DNA of 52,544 nt, counting the filler, from Bipalium vagum (lineage: Eukaryota), in NCBI GenBank assembly GCA_037834085.1. It is 3 parts of 3 records of this genome, joined end to end, with 100 filler letters (N's around TTAATTAATTAA, not from the genome) between each part and the next. Parts side by side here need not be neighbours in the genome. Positions count along the whole stretch, not along the records: positions 35,225 to 52,544 come from JBBMKC010071375.1; 2 more parts are not named here. One strand, written 5' to 3'. Position 1 is the stretch's first letter; the number at the start of each line of letters is the position of its first letter. The translations under genes and the position numbers were made by a program. Under the pieces are notes generated by a model. The model did not search any database and was not told the DNA's origin. It saw nothing but the letters and a program-made list of their open reading frames with translations. Below are positions 37,306-50,670 of the stretch, in pieces.

Positions 37306-39599
37306 TATTTACATGAAATAAATATAATACAAACGACTAGACCCTATCTGGCTATGTATTAGATAGCAAAGATAGAGAAAGACAGATTTTCAATAAAAAA
37401 TTAGGTAAAGGATAATGGCGACATTGGAAGAAAAGACAGTAACCCTGCGTACAAGATTACATTATTAGAACGAACCGTGAGACACTAAGGCAAGTAGTGA
37501 GTAAATTTAAAATACCTACCAGCCTACCATTAAAAATAACAAAATGATAAAAAAAGTGGCATTTTTATTATTTTTAAAAAGAATTATAAAGGAAAATCAA
37601 GAAAAGCACTCATAAGAGGTTTAAGGATAATAATTAACAATGCATTGAGACTTCGACAGAAATCAATTTAAAAAATCTAGTCAAACATTTTTGATTCAAG
37701 GGTAAGTGTTTCATCTATGCTACGACTAATGAAAGAGACAAACATTACTGTTCACTGCCCAGCCATCAAGCAGAAATAAACATCAGCCATTATAAAGAAG
37801 TGAGAAGTTTGGACAATGAAATATAAGTACTATGAAGTAGCCCTTTGGTCTAAAGTATGTAGAAAATGATTTCTATAAAGCAGTTTTCATTTAATTGGTT
37901 TAATTTTCTAAACCAAGTTTGTTTTTATATATAATTAATTAATATAAGGCAAAGAGTTTAACATTGTGTTCAAGTTATAATATACTTCGTTATATCTGAT
38001 AAAGGACCTGGAAAATTTTACATTCTTACCAGTGTCTCTAACTTCTGTATAGTCAATTGCAACGTAAATTACAAACTTGGTTTCGTGGTCATGAATGATT
38101 TCAGTTCATGCAAGATAAATCATCTTGAAAAAACCAAGATAATCCTGAAATACATGGAAAATTATTGGTTGTTGTTGTAAGATCAGCTTATTCTGGAATA
38201 AGTAAAAATCGATTGAAAATACACAGAAAATGAAGTATAAATAAAATAAAACAGGCACCTACCAATTCCATCAAAAGTATGTAATCAGGACTGAGTCTGC
38301 CTAATGACATAAGGACTAAATATTTAATTTTTTGTGTCTGGTTAATTATTTATTATATTTTAAGCTAATTTCAGTTTAATAAATCATCGCTTTTTAAATT
38401 ACTTTGAATAATTAATTTTAAAAAATATTATAATTAATTATAGTTAATTATAATAAACCCGATATTATTTCTTTGAGTCTATTTCAATAGTCAGATACGA
38501 TAATCTTAAAAAGTCAAACGTGTTGAGCGCGTTTATGTAATGTTAATTTTTATAAAATTCCATACCGGATCAATCATTCAACAATTTGAACAATATTAAA
38601 ATTATCATTTAATTTAAACGAAACTTGACTAATTAAATTAGTCAGAAATTGATAAATTGCCAGAATTGATAAATTAGTACAAAAAATAACACTTTGACAA
38701 GCTTTCATAGAATAAAGCTGTTAATTGATTAAATAAATATTTAATATAATAAAAGCATTTCGTCTGTATCTCTTAAAACTTATTCATTATCAAGTATTCC
38801 ATTGAAAAATTTTAAATAAATTTTGTCTAGTTTTTATGAAGAATAAGCATTTACAAAGATAATAATAAAGATAAATAGAACTTTTAATTAATAATATTAT
38901 TATCTATGATTATTTTCAGAATATTAAATTACATTTTAATTTATAATAAAAATAAAATAATAATAATAATAATAATATTTCTAAATGTAAAATTAAAATT
39001 AACATTAATTAATGTCTATTAAAAAAAAAGGAAAAAATTATAAATAAATAAATATAGTACTGAAGTTAATACATCTTATTTAAAAATATTTTTTAAAATA
39101 AAATTAAAACATTTTTTATAAACTTTTGATAATATTCTATTGATTTTGTTTAAGTAAAATATAAATATATTGATTTTATAGGACAGCTATCTTAGAAAGA
39201 AATATTATTTTTTATTATTTATATTTTAAAATTTCAGATATAAAAGTTAAAAAAAATGAGTAGGACAAAACAAATAAAATTTTACCATTGTAAAAATAAA
39301 TGAAGAAAATTTAATTAATGTAAAAAAATATATAAAAGGGAGTAAATAAAAAAAGACAATAACAATACTTATCAATATTAAAAATAATCAATGTTTATAT
39401 TAAATAAAATATTATATTAATTTATAAAAGATGACAGTTTAGTTTTATCCACATCAAAGCTAAATAATTTTTTTTAATAATGATTAATTAACTATTGATT
39501 TATTTTATGAAAACTTATATACCTTGATTAATAATATAGTAAGATTAAAGTTAAATATATTGTTTTAATAATATTCATTTTACGCTTAATTAAAATGAT

Positions 39600-40730
39600 T
39601 ACAAATTATGACATTCATTTGGTTCTTCTACAGAATTGAAAAGACGGGTGTGAGTCACAGAATCAACCAGGTTAAATGTAGCAGCTGAAAACCCAGATGT
39701 AGCCAATGAGAGGACAGAAAGATGCTGGTTTCCGAAATTCAATTCCGGTGACACCAGCCTCCAACCTGCACAAGGTTCTAGTAGACTTGCGGTGTTCTGT
39801 AGATTCAGATCCATTTCAATCAACTTTTGTATTATCAGCTCCAATAAGCCATTAAAACTCTACAACATCAGACTTCCACTTGTTCTGAATCATGGAACAT
39901 TTCTTGTTGGATAGGCACTTTGAAAACAAAAAAGACCTTAAAAAGAGCGTTTTTTTGAATTTTGATTACCGGAATGGTATTAAAATGGGATTCCCAAAAT
40001 GCAGAACATTGGGCCCTTATGAATCAGAAAGCTAAATTGTATTTTTAATTTATAATTTTATGATGTAAAATAAAATATATTTTTCTAATCGTAATTTTTG
40101 AATTGAAACGGCCATATTTAATGTGATACCATAATAAATTATTAAATTTTATTTGAAACACAAATTGAGAAAACTGAATCAAAAAATCATATTTATGAAA
40201 ATTTAAATTATGAAGGATAGTTGTAAATACAATACTATATATTTATAATATTTTTTTATATTTATAATATTTATTTATATTTTATAAGTATATTAAAAAC
40301 TTTGATTTTCTAACATTAAAAATAAAATGAATCTATTCCTGGCTTGGAAAGGAGATAAAATGTGTTAATTATGTTTATGATTTCTCTAACACTTATCTAA
40401 TAGACATAAAAATTGAAATGAAATATTACAGATATCAACAGCTAATAAAAAATAAAAATATTCTTGTTATCTTTCTTAGGTTAAATTGTGAGGATTTATG
40501 ACGATTTTTACCAAGTTTAAAGTTCATGCAAAGCAATTATTAGAATTTTTTAAACAAATTGTATTTAATTAATGCTTTTAAACGAGTTTTTCAGTAAATT
40601 AATCAGAAATTTAGCTTTAGATTGATATATAATTGATATATAATAATAATATAATATTGATTTTAAAATGACTAAAACAGAAACAATTTAAAATAACTAA
40701 TACGGTCATTAATTTTGCACCAACCTAATA
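39600..40730 (+). mobile_element. Decayed mariner: N-terminal relic plus right TIR
   Basis: Plus-strand NPDVANERTERCWFPKFNSGDTSLQPAQGSSR (ANERTVQRWFKKFRSGDESL-like) and VDSDPFQST. Hsmar-type TIR ttttgcaccaacctaata at 40713-40730. That both pieces belong to one copy is inferred. Confidence 0.7.
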
Positions 40731-42059
40731 TAAATATATATGAAATATATTTTGAAACTTGAGTGCAACCATTAATTATAACTTATTTATTTAACACGTA
40801 TAGATCAAATTTTTTTCTTCATGTTACTAAATTTAAAAACAAAAAAATTAAAAACCATTTATTTTTAACAGTAATTTTATTTATTTATTTGTTAATTAAT
40901 TTATCATGTTACACAATGTTTGTTTAATTTTGAGTTCTTTTCACAGGATTTTAATATTGGATAAAATATTTATGAAATTTAATGTTATCATTGTTTGTTT
41001 GTTTACTGGAGAAAATTGATTGCCTTTATTTGAACATGAATTGTATAAATTAAAGAGAAAAATTAATAAGACCTTTCATCGAGTTTTCTTTTATTTTTAA
41101 GAAATTATATATTTTATTCAAACTGCCTTTTTAATGAAGCAACAAAAAAACTTATATTCTAAAAGTAAAAATAAAATATTTATTTAGTATGACCTTGAAT
41201 TGAAAATGAGATCAAAGAAGATAATGAATTCGTTCAGGTTAATTCTTAATTAATTGGGTCACTAAAAAGTATAACATAATAAATGTACAATTTATTTTGT
41301 TCATTTGAAGATTTTCTGTTATGTACTTCTTTGATGGTTCCATTACGTTTTGACCTTGTCAACAAAATTAATAATTTTTTAATGAAAAATGGATACATTT
41401 CTCATACATAAACATTCCCGATTTCGTTTAAGAATTAATTCGTTTGGATACAGTTTTGAAAATTTATGTAGTACTGATATGGCCAATTGCCAAAAGCATG
41501 CCATTGATCTGAATAAATGAAACTCAGTATGATAGAAAAACCTTTATCTTATAGTTCTTTACAATGTTACTTTGACTATTAAAAAATGCAATCTGGAACT
41601 AAATCTGATTCTGACGTTTTTGAAAGACTTTAAAACAAAAATAATCAGAAATGATTAAACTGTCCACGTTACATTTATTTAAATCCGGTTTTGTTAATAA
41701 AAAAAAGATCAATATTATATTATCCAATGATATATATTATTATATTATATATATTATATTTATATTATATTATTATATTTATATTATATTATTATATATT
41801 AATCAACTACATGATATTATTGATAATATTATGTAGTTGAATAATAATAAGAGATTTCTATAAAATTGAAATAATATTACCATTATATTTTACATATTAT
41901 TTACTAATTATGTAATTGTAAAATTCATGTCACCTAGTTCTATTCAAATATCATTAGAAATAATAAAAACATCTGTTTTGATCTCAACAATCCCATATTA
42001 AATCCTTTTTGTTTTATAAGACTTTATAATAACAATAAGAAAAGAAATAAATATCCTAC

Positions 42060-42185
42060 GTATAATGACGTTTAATTCGGCTTTGTCTGGTAAGTTCTTC
42101 CCGCAGTAATTCCACGTCGATGTTATCTTTCTCCAGCTGCTTAATGAATTTGTTGTTATTCAGCCATTCAATGTTTATAGCATAT
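42060..42185 (-). CDS. Candidate internal exon of an unidentified gene
   Basis: ttttAG|a YAINIEWLNNNKFIKQLEKDNIDVELLREELTRQSRIKRHY ac|GTAGG. 126 nt, open, phase 2/2, GC-richer than the flanks, no TE motif recognised. Confidence 0.6.
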
Positions 42186-42699
42186 CTAAAAGAATAAATA
42201 GTAACAGTAAAGTGCAAAATTTTAATAATTTCAGATCTTAGTTAGAGAATTAAAATTAAAAGCAACAAGATTATTTACATTAATAATTTAATCAAATTTT
42301 ACAGCTTCACTAACTTCTTTTGATTTAAATATTATAAATGTCTATGGTAGAAAACATAATCTCATGGATTTATTTTAATTTAATATAAATTTCCAAATGA
42401 TGTTATTATTATTATTATATTATAATTACTGAATATTATGTTTGGATTTAATTTTTAGAAAACATAAATACAAAACTCCTTTGTTATTTTCCCTTAAAAT
42501 AAATTATTTTAAATTGATTCCACCACATAATTATTGATTAATAATATATATATATAATTATATAACTAATAATATAAAAAATAAAAGAATTTATACCTGA
42601 AAATAAAATGTGAACATAAAAGATATGATTGAATTTTAGATATTCATCTTTTTTCTAATAATTATAAAATATGAAAATACAATAAAATTGAAAAAATAT

Positions 42700-44100
42700 A
42701 TCTGAATATATATTTTCAGAATTAAATAATTATAAAGGAAAAAACTAATTCTGGTAGGAAGTTTTAGTATATTTAACAAATTAGAATTGATTTAAGTGAA
42801 TATCAATCATTAGTTGGTTAAAATTATATTAAATTACCATTAAGACCTCCATATGCAGTAAATTTTAAAAATAATTATAATAGATGTTATTTATATTCAA
42901 TAATAACACAATTTCATTAATCTAAAAGAATCAGATAAATAATTACGAAAGATATGTAAATGAATTTAGTTTAAGTGATATTCAATTTTTTTAAAAGTTT
43001 GATGTTAGTAAAATTAATAGACAAATAATATTGAAGTAAACATTTTTGAATTAAATGATAATAAAAAACTTTCTTCTTTTCAAATTTAACATTGGAATTC
43101 TAAACCTAATGAAAATGAAAATAAATCAATTTATTATGATATCAAAGTCATTGAGTATTATGTAGAAATGTGAATATATTTACAAATGATAAAGCATTTA
43201 TTAGTAGAAAGAATTTTGAAAATCAAGCATCGAAACACAGCTTTGAAAGATCACAAACATTTACTGATAAAACCATATATGTTCAAATGAAAAAGAAATA
43301 AATAATAAAATTTGATAAGTTAAAATATATATGCTTGTGTGTTTTGGAATATGCAAAAATTATTAATGTAGGGATTTATGTATGATTAAATGATTCCTGA
43401 ATTTTGAATATGATTCGTGCTACAGGTATTGATCTTATATTTGTAGAATTTATTTTAAATAATATTATGAGATAATAAGCAAGTAAAAAAAGAATTAAAA
43501 CCATATCATGATGATATAAAATTACTTAAATTTAAAGATGAGCAACCAAAGGAAACATATACTCAATTCAATATAATTAGACATTTTATGGTTTTGAGAC
43601 AAAATATAATTAAACACAAAATAAAATTTGATAAAAAAAATGAGGAGTATAATTTAATGTCTAGATTCAAATATTCAAGACTTTAATAATATTTTAATAA
43701 ACAATAGATCAATTTAAAAAGAATAAATAATGGATAACAATCTCGATATCACAAAACATAAAAATGTGAACAAGAAAAAAATAGCAATAGAATTATTTGA
43801 TAATAAAAGAATGTTTGAAGATAATGGAATTATTACAGGACCACGTTGTCATTAAATAAATGTGAAAAAACGTAATAATTAAATTTATAAAATCGATGAA
43901 GTTAAGGAAAGTTATATTTGTTAGTCATATAATGAATATAAAGACAAATTAAATATTTAGAAAACAGAGATATAATAACTATATCATATGAACATTAAAT
44001 TTCTTATTTCAAAAATGGTGAACCTAAATTTCAATATTGATAAAGGGGAAGCCATAAATCATAAGTTTACTTTTCCAATAAAAACAAAAGAATGTCATAA
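42700..44100 (+). mobile_element. Heavily eroded LINE endonuclease-like relic
   Basis: KIINVGI near 43360 (IIVGDFN-like) and ATGIDLIF near 43420 (APE IDL/YIF-like) in A-rich, coding-like sequence full of stops. Confidence 0.3.
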
Positions 44101-44199
44101 TTGTTTTCCAATAAAATCAATTATAGAATTTTATTCAAAAATAAATAATTGTAAATGTTTTCACTAAACATACATTTTAATGAATTGGTTTCAATTTCA

Positions 44200-45132
44200 A
44201 TCTTATGATGGAATGAGTTGGAAAATCAAGGAAAATATTAAAATAATCGTGTGCCAGAAATGGCGTTTAAAATTCCGTCCTGGAGATTTATTAATGTAAA
44301 CGTATCACATTGACATGGTTTTCTTAGAACGGAATCAAACATCGTTAAAAGTATAATTGATGAAAACCAATCCAATCGACTAGATAGGTAGTTGACAGAT
44401 TAACGAAATCACACATCTGTGAAGAATTATTTACATTAAATAGGTTATGTTTCTCATCTGAATGCGTGAGTGCTCAAAATCACAGTAAAACCAATTTAAC
44501 AACACACATTTCAACTTACGATTCATTGCTAAAATATCAAACCAATCAATTTATGAAACAAATGCTTACAGGTGGTGAAAAAGACAATACACTGCTAACA
44601 ACATCAAAGCAAAATTGCATAACAAAAAATATTTTCTTCATTTTGGTATTATTTCAGAGATGTCGTCTACTATGAGTTGCTGCAACCAAATACTGGTTTG
44701 TAATGCATACAATTAACAAAAATGAGCCAGAAAATGAAAGAGGGCTTTCAAAAATGTCAAATCGCCATTGCGCGGTTTATCAATACCAGACAGCATACAT
44801 ATTTGGTCATCCGAAACAAATTACAAAGCCTTTTGGAGGGTGTTGTGCATCGTCACCATACTCACCTGATTTGGTTCCTACCAACTACCATGCAATTAGA
44901 TCACTTCAAAATTCTTTGAAAGTGTAATATTTTAGTGATTATGAGTAACATAAAAAACATCTTGATTCGTTTTGAAAAGGAACCCAAGGAGTTCTATGAG
45001 CAGGAAATAATGAGAATGGTAAAAGATGGAAAGAAGTCATTAATTAAAATAGACAATAATTAATTGATTTTCTTTAATTTTTGACTTTAATGTTTTCATA
45101 AAAACCGTATGAACTTATTTTCCAACCGAATA
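44200..45132 (+). mobile_element. Decayed mariner with right TIR
   Basis: KWRLKFRPGD, YYELLQPN, SPYSPDLVPTNYHAIRSLQNSLK. TIR-like ccgtatgaacttattttccaaccgaata at the 3' end. Confidence 0.85.
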
Positions 45133-46419
45133 GATACAAAATTGTTTCAAATGTTCATGGAGTATATTTCAAACTTTTCGAGAAATTAATTTTTGTTTCA
45201 CAAAAAAAATTAAAAGTTCACCAAAATAAATTTCCGTGTATTATTATATTATTTTTTATATTTCTTTGGATTTTTCACTTAGCGTTAGAGCTAAAATTTA
45301 TTGTTGTTTACAAAGGATGTTATTATTTTTAATGAATAAATAATATTATAAATTCAACGTAGCTTTTGCCATTATTTCAACAAAAATTAAATGTTATTAT
45401 AAAATGTCTATTGTTATTATTTGGAGTTAAGCAAACATTCCAAAAAACCCTAAATTTGATAGTAAAAGTTTAAAAGGAATTTTTTATAAAAATTTTCTGG
45501 CTCCTAAAATATGAAGATTTTTGCTGCTATTTTGCCAGTTTATTACTATACTATTCTATTATTCTAAACAACTGACACTGATTATTTTCTTATCCTTATA
45601 AATCCTTAACATTATAAATCCAGGTTATTATATAAAATGAAAACATTATTCAATGGTTATTCTTAGTAATAAGAGACATTTTTTTCTCATTGTTTATATT
45701 ATAAAATGAAAATAAATAAATTAAACAAATTTTCTAATTATGACGTCATTTTGATTTTTTATATAATTTAATAATATGAAGTTTAAAAACTTATTATCCT
45801 TTAATGAATATCTCTGTCTATTGATTTTTGTGAAATTCCAAAAATCAAGAAAATCTGCTATTAATAAATTAGTTACTGCAAAACTTTTTAATAATATTTT
45901 TAATGTTTTAATATAACTGAAATTCATAGAAAACAAAAATCAATAATCATTTGTAAATTTAAATGGCTAAAAATTTTTAAAGGAATTAAAATATTAAAAT
46001 TTCTTCAGGATTTTTATTACCATTTATCAACTAAATCTTTAAAAATATATCTTAACAATATCTTTCAAAATTTTTTTTAAATCGACAAAATAATACGATT
46101 TATAAATCATTAAATTTTTCTTTTTTTAAATTATAATAATTTTTTTTTCTTTTTTTTTCAAATAATAATTTAAATATATAAAAATTCACTGGAATATTTA
46201 TGTCAAAATATCTTATCGTTAGTTATAATATAAAATTCAAATAATTCCAATAAATAATTTTTATTTTTTACACCTGTGATCCGCATTTAATTAAATCTAC
46301 CTTCGATAACAATTTTTCAGAAGTTTGATTTTGAATGTTACAGTCCAATAAAATATTAGAGACTCAATTTAATTTTGAACCCCTGATCAACAAAACTTCA
46401 AAATAAATTTTATTATTAA

Positions 46420-46860
46420 CATATAAACATTAATTGATTAAATATTCTCTATCAACTACTCTTTCTCTATCTCTCATCCATCTACTAAGAAATGAATGCA
46501 ATATGAATAAAATTCGGTAGCTTTTTGATCAAAAATAGTTGGTAAGAAAGTGAGCCATTGAGTGGAACAGATGATAATCCACAGCCGTGATGTGTGGGCT
46601 ATCTGATGGATGTGGCAAGACTTCATAACAGAGTTCTCTTAATTTCTTTTAAGTTATTTTTGATGTATGTGGATTAGCATTATCATGCTGAAGAATAACC
46701 CTTTTTGTGCTAACCAGACTGGATTTTTTTTTTGAACAGCTCCATGTAAACTGTATAATTATCGACAGTAACTTTCAGAGTCAATAACTTCGCCATTTTT
46801 CAAGAGTTCCCAATAAATGACTTCTAAGCAATCTCATCAAACAGAAAAAAGAGTTTCTTT
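46420..46860 (-). mobile_element. Mariner transposase C-terminal relic
   Basis: Minus-strand ILQHDNANPHTSKIT*KKLRELCYEVLPHPSDSPHITAVDYHLFHSMAHFL. Confidence 0.88.
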
Positions 46861-49800
46861 TTAAACTTAACCTTATTAAAAATAAAGGATTCTGGTCATT
46901 GTATTTTGGTTGATATTAAATATTATGAATGTAAAATAAAATTTTTAATTGAAAAAATCAAAATTAACTTTTTTTTATTTTTCATTAATTCATTTAAAGC
47001 CAATTAAAATTTTGTGATTTAAATCTATTTTTTAAATATTTATTATCAATAAAGTATATTGAATCCTTATCAAATAAATCATTAGATAATGTGTTACTGA
47101 CGTTTCTACAGTGATTTTTAGATAAAACAATACAAAAAATGTGGATTTTTATATTTACTCTAAAGCACCACAATTATGGTGTTTTTAATTAAATTGTCTG
47201 TAGATTTATGTTATATACTTTTACTCACAATATTTCTTATTTATTTTAAATTTTATTTATTTATTAGTTTCTTGATTTTTCCATTATTTTCTTGAAAATT
47301 ATTCTTTTAAATTTTTCTTGATTTTTTCTTAATTGATCCAAAAAAAAATTAAGAAAAAATAAAATATATGAAAAAATTAAAATGAAAGTGTTAGTTTCAT
47401 TAGCGATAACAGTTATAATTTCGAAATGAAAAATAAATATTCAAGAAGATAATTGAGAAATTAATTGAAATTGATCAAGAAAAAATTTTGATTTTTTAAT
47501 CTTCCAATTGATAATAATTTTATCATTTTATTTATTTTTCAATATTTGTGGTTTATTTCGGCCTGATTACTTTTGTTGAAATAGTTTATTGAATTTTGAA
47601 TTGAAAATATTTTAAATTTTTGTTTTCTGAAAGCCATTGTACTTTTTAGTAAAATTTTTCTATCATATACATTCAGTTCAAAATCAAATCGAAGCGGATC
47701 AGATCAATGTATGGGATCCTCAGTATTTTCCAAAAACGAAAATCTGATAACAGAATGGAAACTAGCTTATCTTAAAAATCAGGTGGAAAACCATTTTATC
47801 AGGTTTAAAAAATCAAATGAACAGATGAAATATGGAAAACATACTTCCGCATTTTTAATTAAATTAGCAAAAATAAAAATATTAATTTTATTTTTAAAAT
47901 AATTCTCGGATATTTCTATTTTCGTTGCCTATGCTCTAGTCATCATGAAAAACAATGAACTTTAATATTACTCTATAATCTATATTTAAAACCAATTAAT
48001 TCAATATTTTAATTAATTATTTTATTAAATATATGAAATATTTTGAAATATTCTAATTAAAATTTTAAAATAAAATAATATTTTTAATTTCTTTGGTTGA
48101 ACTTCGATATCAATTCAGGTTTTTTGTCAAGTTTAATTTAATATTTATTATGTTATACAATTTTTTGAACCCAGACTAACAAAGTGATCATTTTCGTTAA
48201 ATTTAAATAATATACAATATATAGTAGTTACAAAACTAAAGCTTAAAATTAATAATCCTTTGAGATTAAATTAGTCATTTAAAATAAAAACAACATGCAG
48301 CAGCTATTTCGAATGAGATCGATTTTTTGAAAGTTAAATAATGTTATATTTTTGTTACTAATTTTATTAAAGGATTTAAACCATATAATTTTTTATAATT
48401 TTATTCCATATTATGGTATAATAAATAAAATATAAAACAAATATATATTTGAAAAATATAAAATAAACTTCATTTAATATTATTTAATTTTAAAAATATT
48501 CCCATTACGCAATTTTTTCAAATATTTTTTCCGTTCTTCAAAAGTGAAAAATTATTTTCAATATTTTAATTAACAAAATTATCCATTTTTAAGAAATAAA
48601 ATAAATTGAAAAAAAGTTGATAATTTAACAAGTGATATCATTGTCATTGTTTTTTGATCAAACTAATTTACGGGTGGTTATTTCTCACTAAACAGAATAA
48701 CCATTGTAAAGACCATTTAGAGATCATTAATAAATTTCAAATATAACAAAATATAATCAAATTTCACTTAAATCAATATTAATGATTTTAATGTAAATAA
48801 TTTATATTTATTGATTAAAAATGTATTGACTTATTTATCATTGAAAAGATTCGTAAATAAATTCTTTATATTCAGCAGAGATATTGAATATGATATTTTA
48901 AAAAGCAATTGGTTTCTCATTAAATTTTTCTTTAGTGAAGCAAAAAGATTTCATGTTAATATAATTTAGGGAAATTATTCAAGGGGAAAATATATTTGAA
49001 TCATTATTCTAAATTTATTTCCTTAAATTCTCGATAGGGTGTTTTTTAATTGTTATCACATCCATAAATGATGTCAATAATTTACTAACAAAATAAAAAT
49101 GATTCAAATTTTTTATATTTTATAATAAATTGTAAATATAAAATAGTTCTTTTAATTTAATCGGTATTTCATAAAAGACAACTGACTGATTCAGAAAAAT
49201 AATATTTATAATGGCATAAATTATGAAAATAGTAATTTTATTAAATATTACTTTATAAATTTCTGTAAATTATTTTATATATAAAATTATAATTATTAAA
49301 GATGCAGTAAAGTTATGAGAAGAAAATTATTCATTTTGGTTTAATAATTTTGAAGAGTAAAACATTTTTACACATGCAATTATAAAGGGGCAAATCAAAA
49401 CATCAGAATTTTTAATTTTCTAAATTTATTTATTTATAATATAATGATTTATTATTGTTATTAGAATATTTACAAAAAATAATAACTATTAAAAATGTAA
49501 TTAAAAGTATTTTTAAATATTATATGTATTAAGTTTTATAAAATTTAACTGTTTTAATTATTGTCTTATAAAAATTAATTTAATGTATTTTAAAATTTAG
49601 TAAATAAATAATGTTAAAATTTAAAATATTTTCTAAAACTTTTAATAAAAATATTAATATTCCATGGTTTGATAAAAGTTGTTTAAAATTAAGATTAATT
49701 ATTCTATTTAATAAACCAATGAAAATGTCTTCTCATATTGCTTACAAACCAATATACGTCAATAGTAATAAAAATTGATTTTCTGTTTACATGTGCTTAT

Positions 49801-50395
49801 TAAAAATAATTTGAAGAAAATATTGCTTAATATATTTTTAAAAAATGGCTAACAAAGATTTTGTGAATAAGCATGTAAGACATTCTGGTTCTGTATGAAT
49901 TCGATTTTTAACATCAATATCCTATCACGTTCGTCTATTAAAGTCTGTGTTGTTTGAGTTGAATTTACAGATTATGTAAATAATTAAATGATAATAGAAA
50001 CAAGGATAACGCATTAAAGAAGAATTTTCTTTAATTTACATCATATTGATTATCACCAAATAACATAAAAAATTATGTATTAGAGTCATAAAAAACTATA
50101 AATAATAATGTACTAAAAAAGTCAATTAATATAAAATAAAATATTATGCATTGTTAATAAATAAAATATTTGCTCTTTTTCAATGTGACCCCTTCAAAAT
50201 GGATTGCCTAAGGTCAAGAAAATTCCTCTTTACTAATATATTATTATCAATAGTATACAAGACATATCTAATAGGAGAAGAGTTGATAACAACTATAACC
50301 GTAATGAATTCCTAGGAAAAGGTTTTGTTATCAAACTCGTCGTTTTCCTCCACATTCCTAATGCAAAAAATATTTATATTGAGTGGATATATTAC

Positions 50396-50439
50396 AGTGA
50401 CAGAATTTGGGTTTCAGCCTCTTCTAAGGAGAAATCCAT
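50396..50439 (-). CDS. Candidate first coding exon of an unidentified gene (MDFSLEEAETQILS...)
   Basis: ATG at 50439, donor ct|GTAATA, then a 38-nt GT-AG intron to an acceptor at 50358 that continues in frame (L-NVEENDE). Lies about 220 bp downstream of an X-box. Confidence 0.4.
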
Positions 50440-50656
50440 ATCTGGAATATGATTGAGTCAAGTTTGATTAATGGATTAATTGTTTATTTCTTTATTTTTT
50501 AAAAATATTTTATTTTTATGATTTAGTAGAGAAAGATATTGAGAGATTATTTAACATGACCGTTCAATTTAATAAAAAATATTATTTTATACTATGGAAG
50601 ATTATAAATATTCTACAATAGAATTGTAAAATAATATTTTGGATTGACAATGACAA

Positions 50657-50670
50657 GTTGTCATAGCAAC
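50657..50670. promoter_or_regulatory. RFX X-box motif
   Basis: GTTGTCATAGCAAC matches the X-box consensus GTHNYYATRRNAAC at all 14 positions. Confidence 0.6.

Noticed and set aside
38025-38145. Minus-strand segment with good acceptor (tttcAG) and donor (G|GTAAG) as the next exon after 42060
   Set aside because: All three frames contain stops; more likely TE debris.
39599-39925. Minus-strand 81-aa ORF, extendable upstream through one in-frame TAG, as a host exon or readthrough case
   Set aside because: The plus strand encodes a recognisable mariner N-terminus (ANERT..WF.KF.SGD.SL), so the antisense ORF is incidental.
41651-41836. I/Y-rich ORFs (also 11668-11856, 45721-45936, 51624-51824)
   Set aside because: Low-complexity AT-rich sequence, or antisense to real exons.
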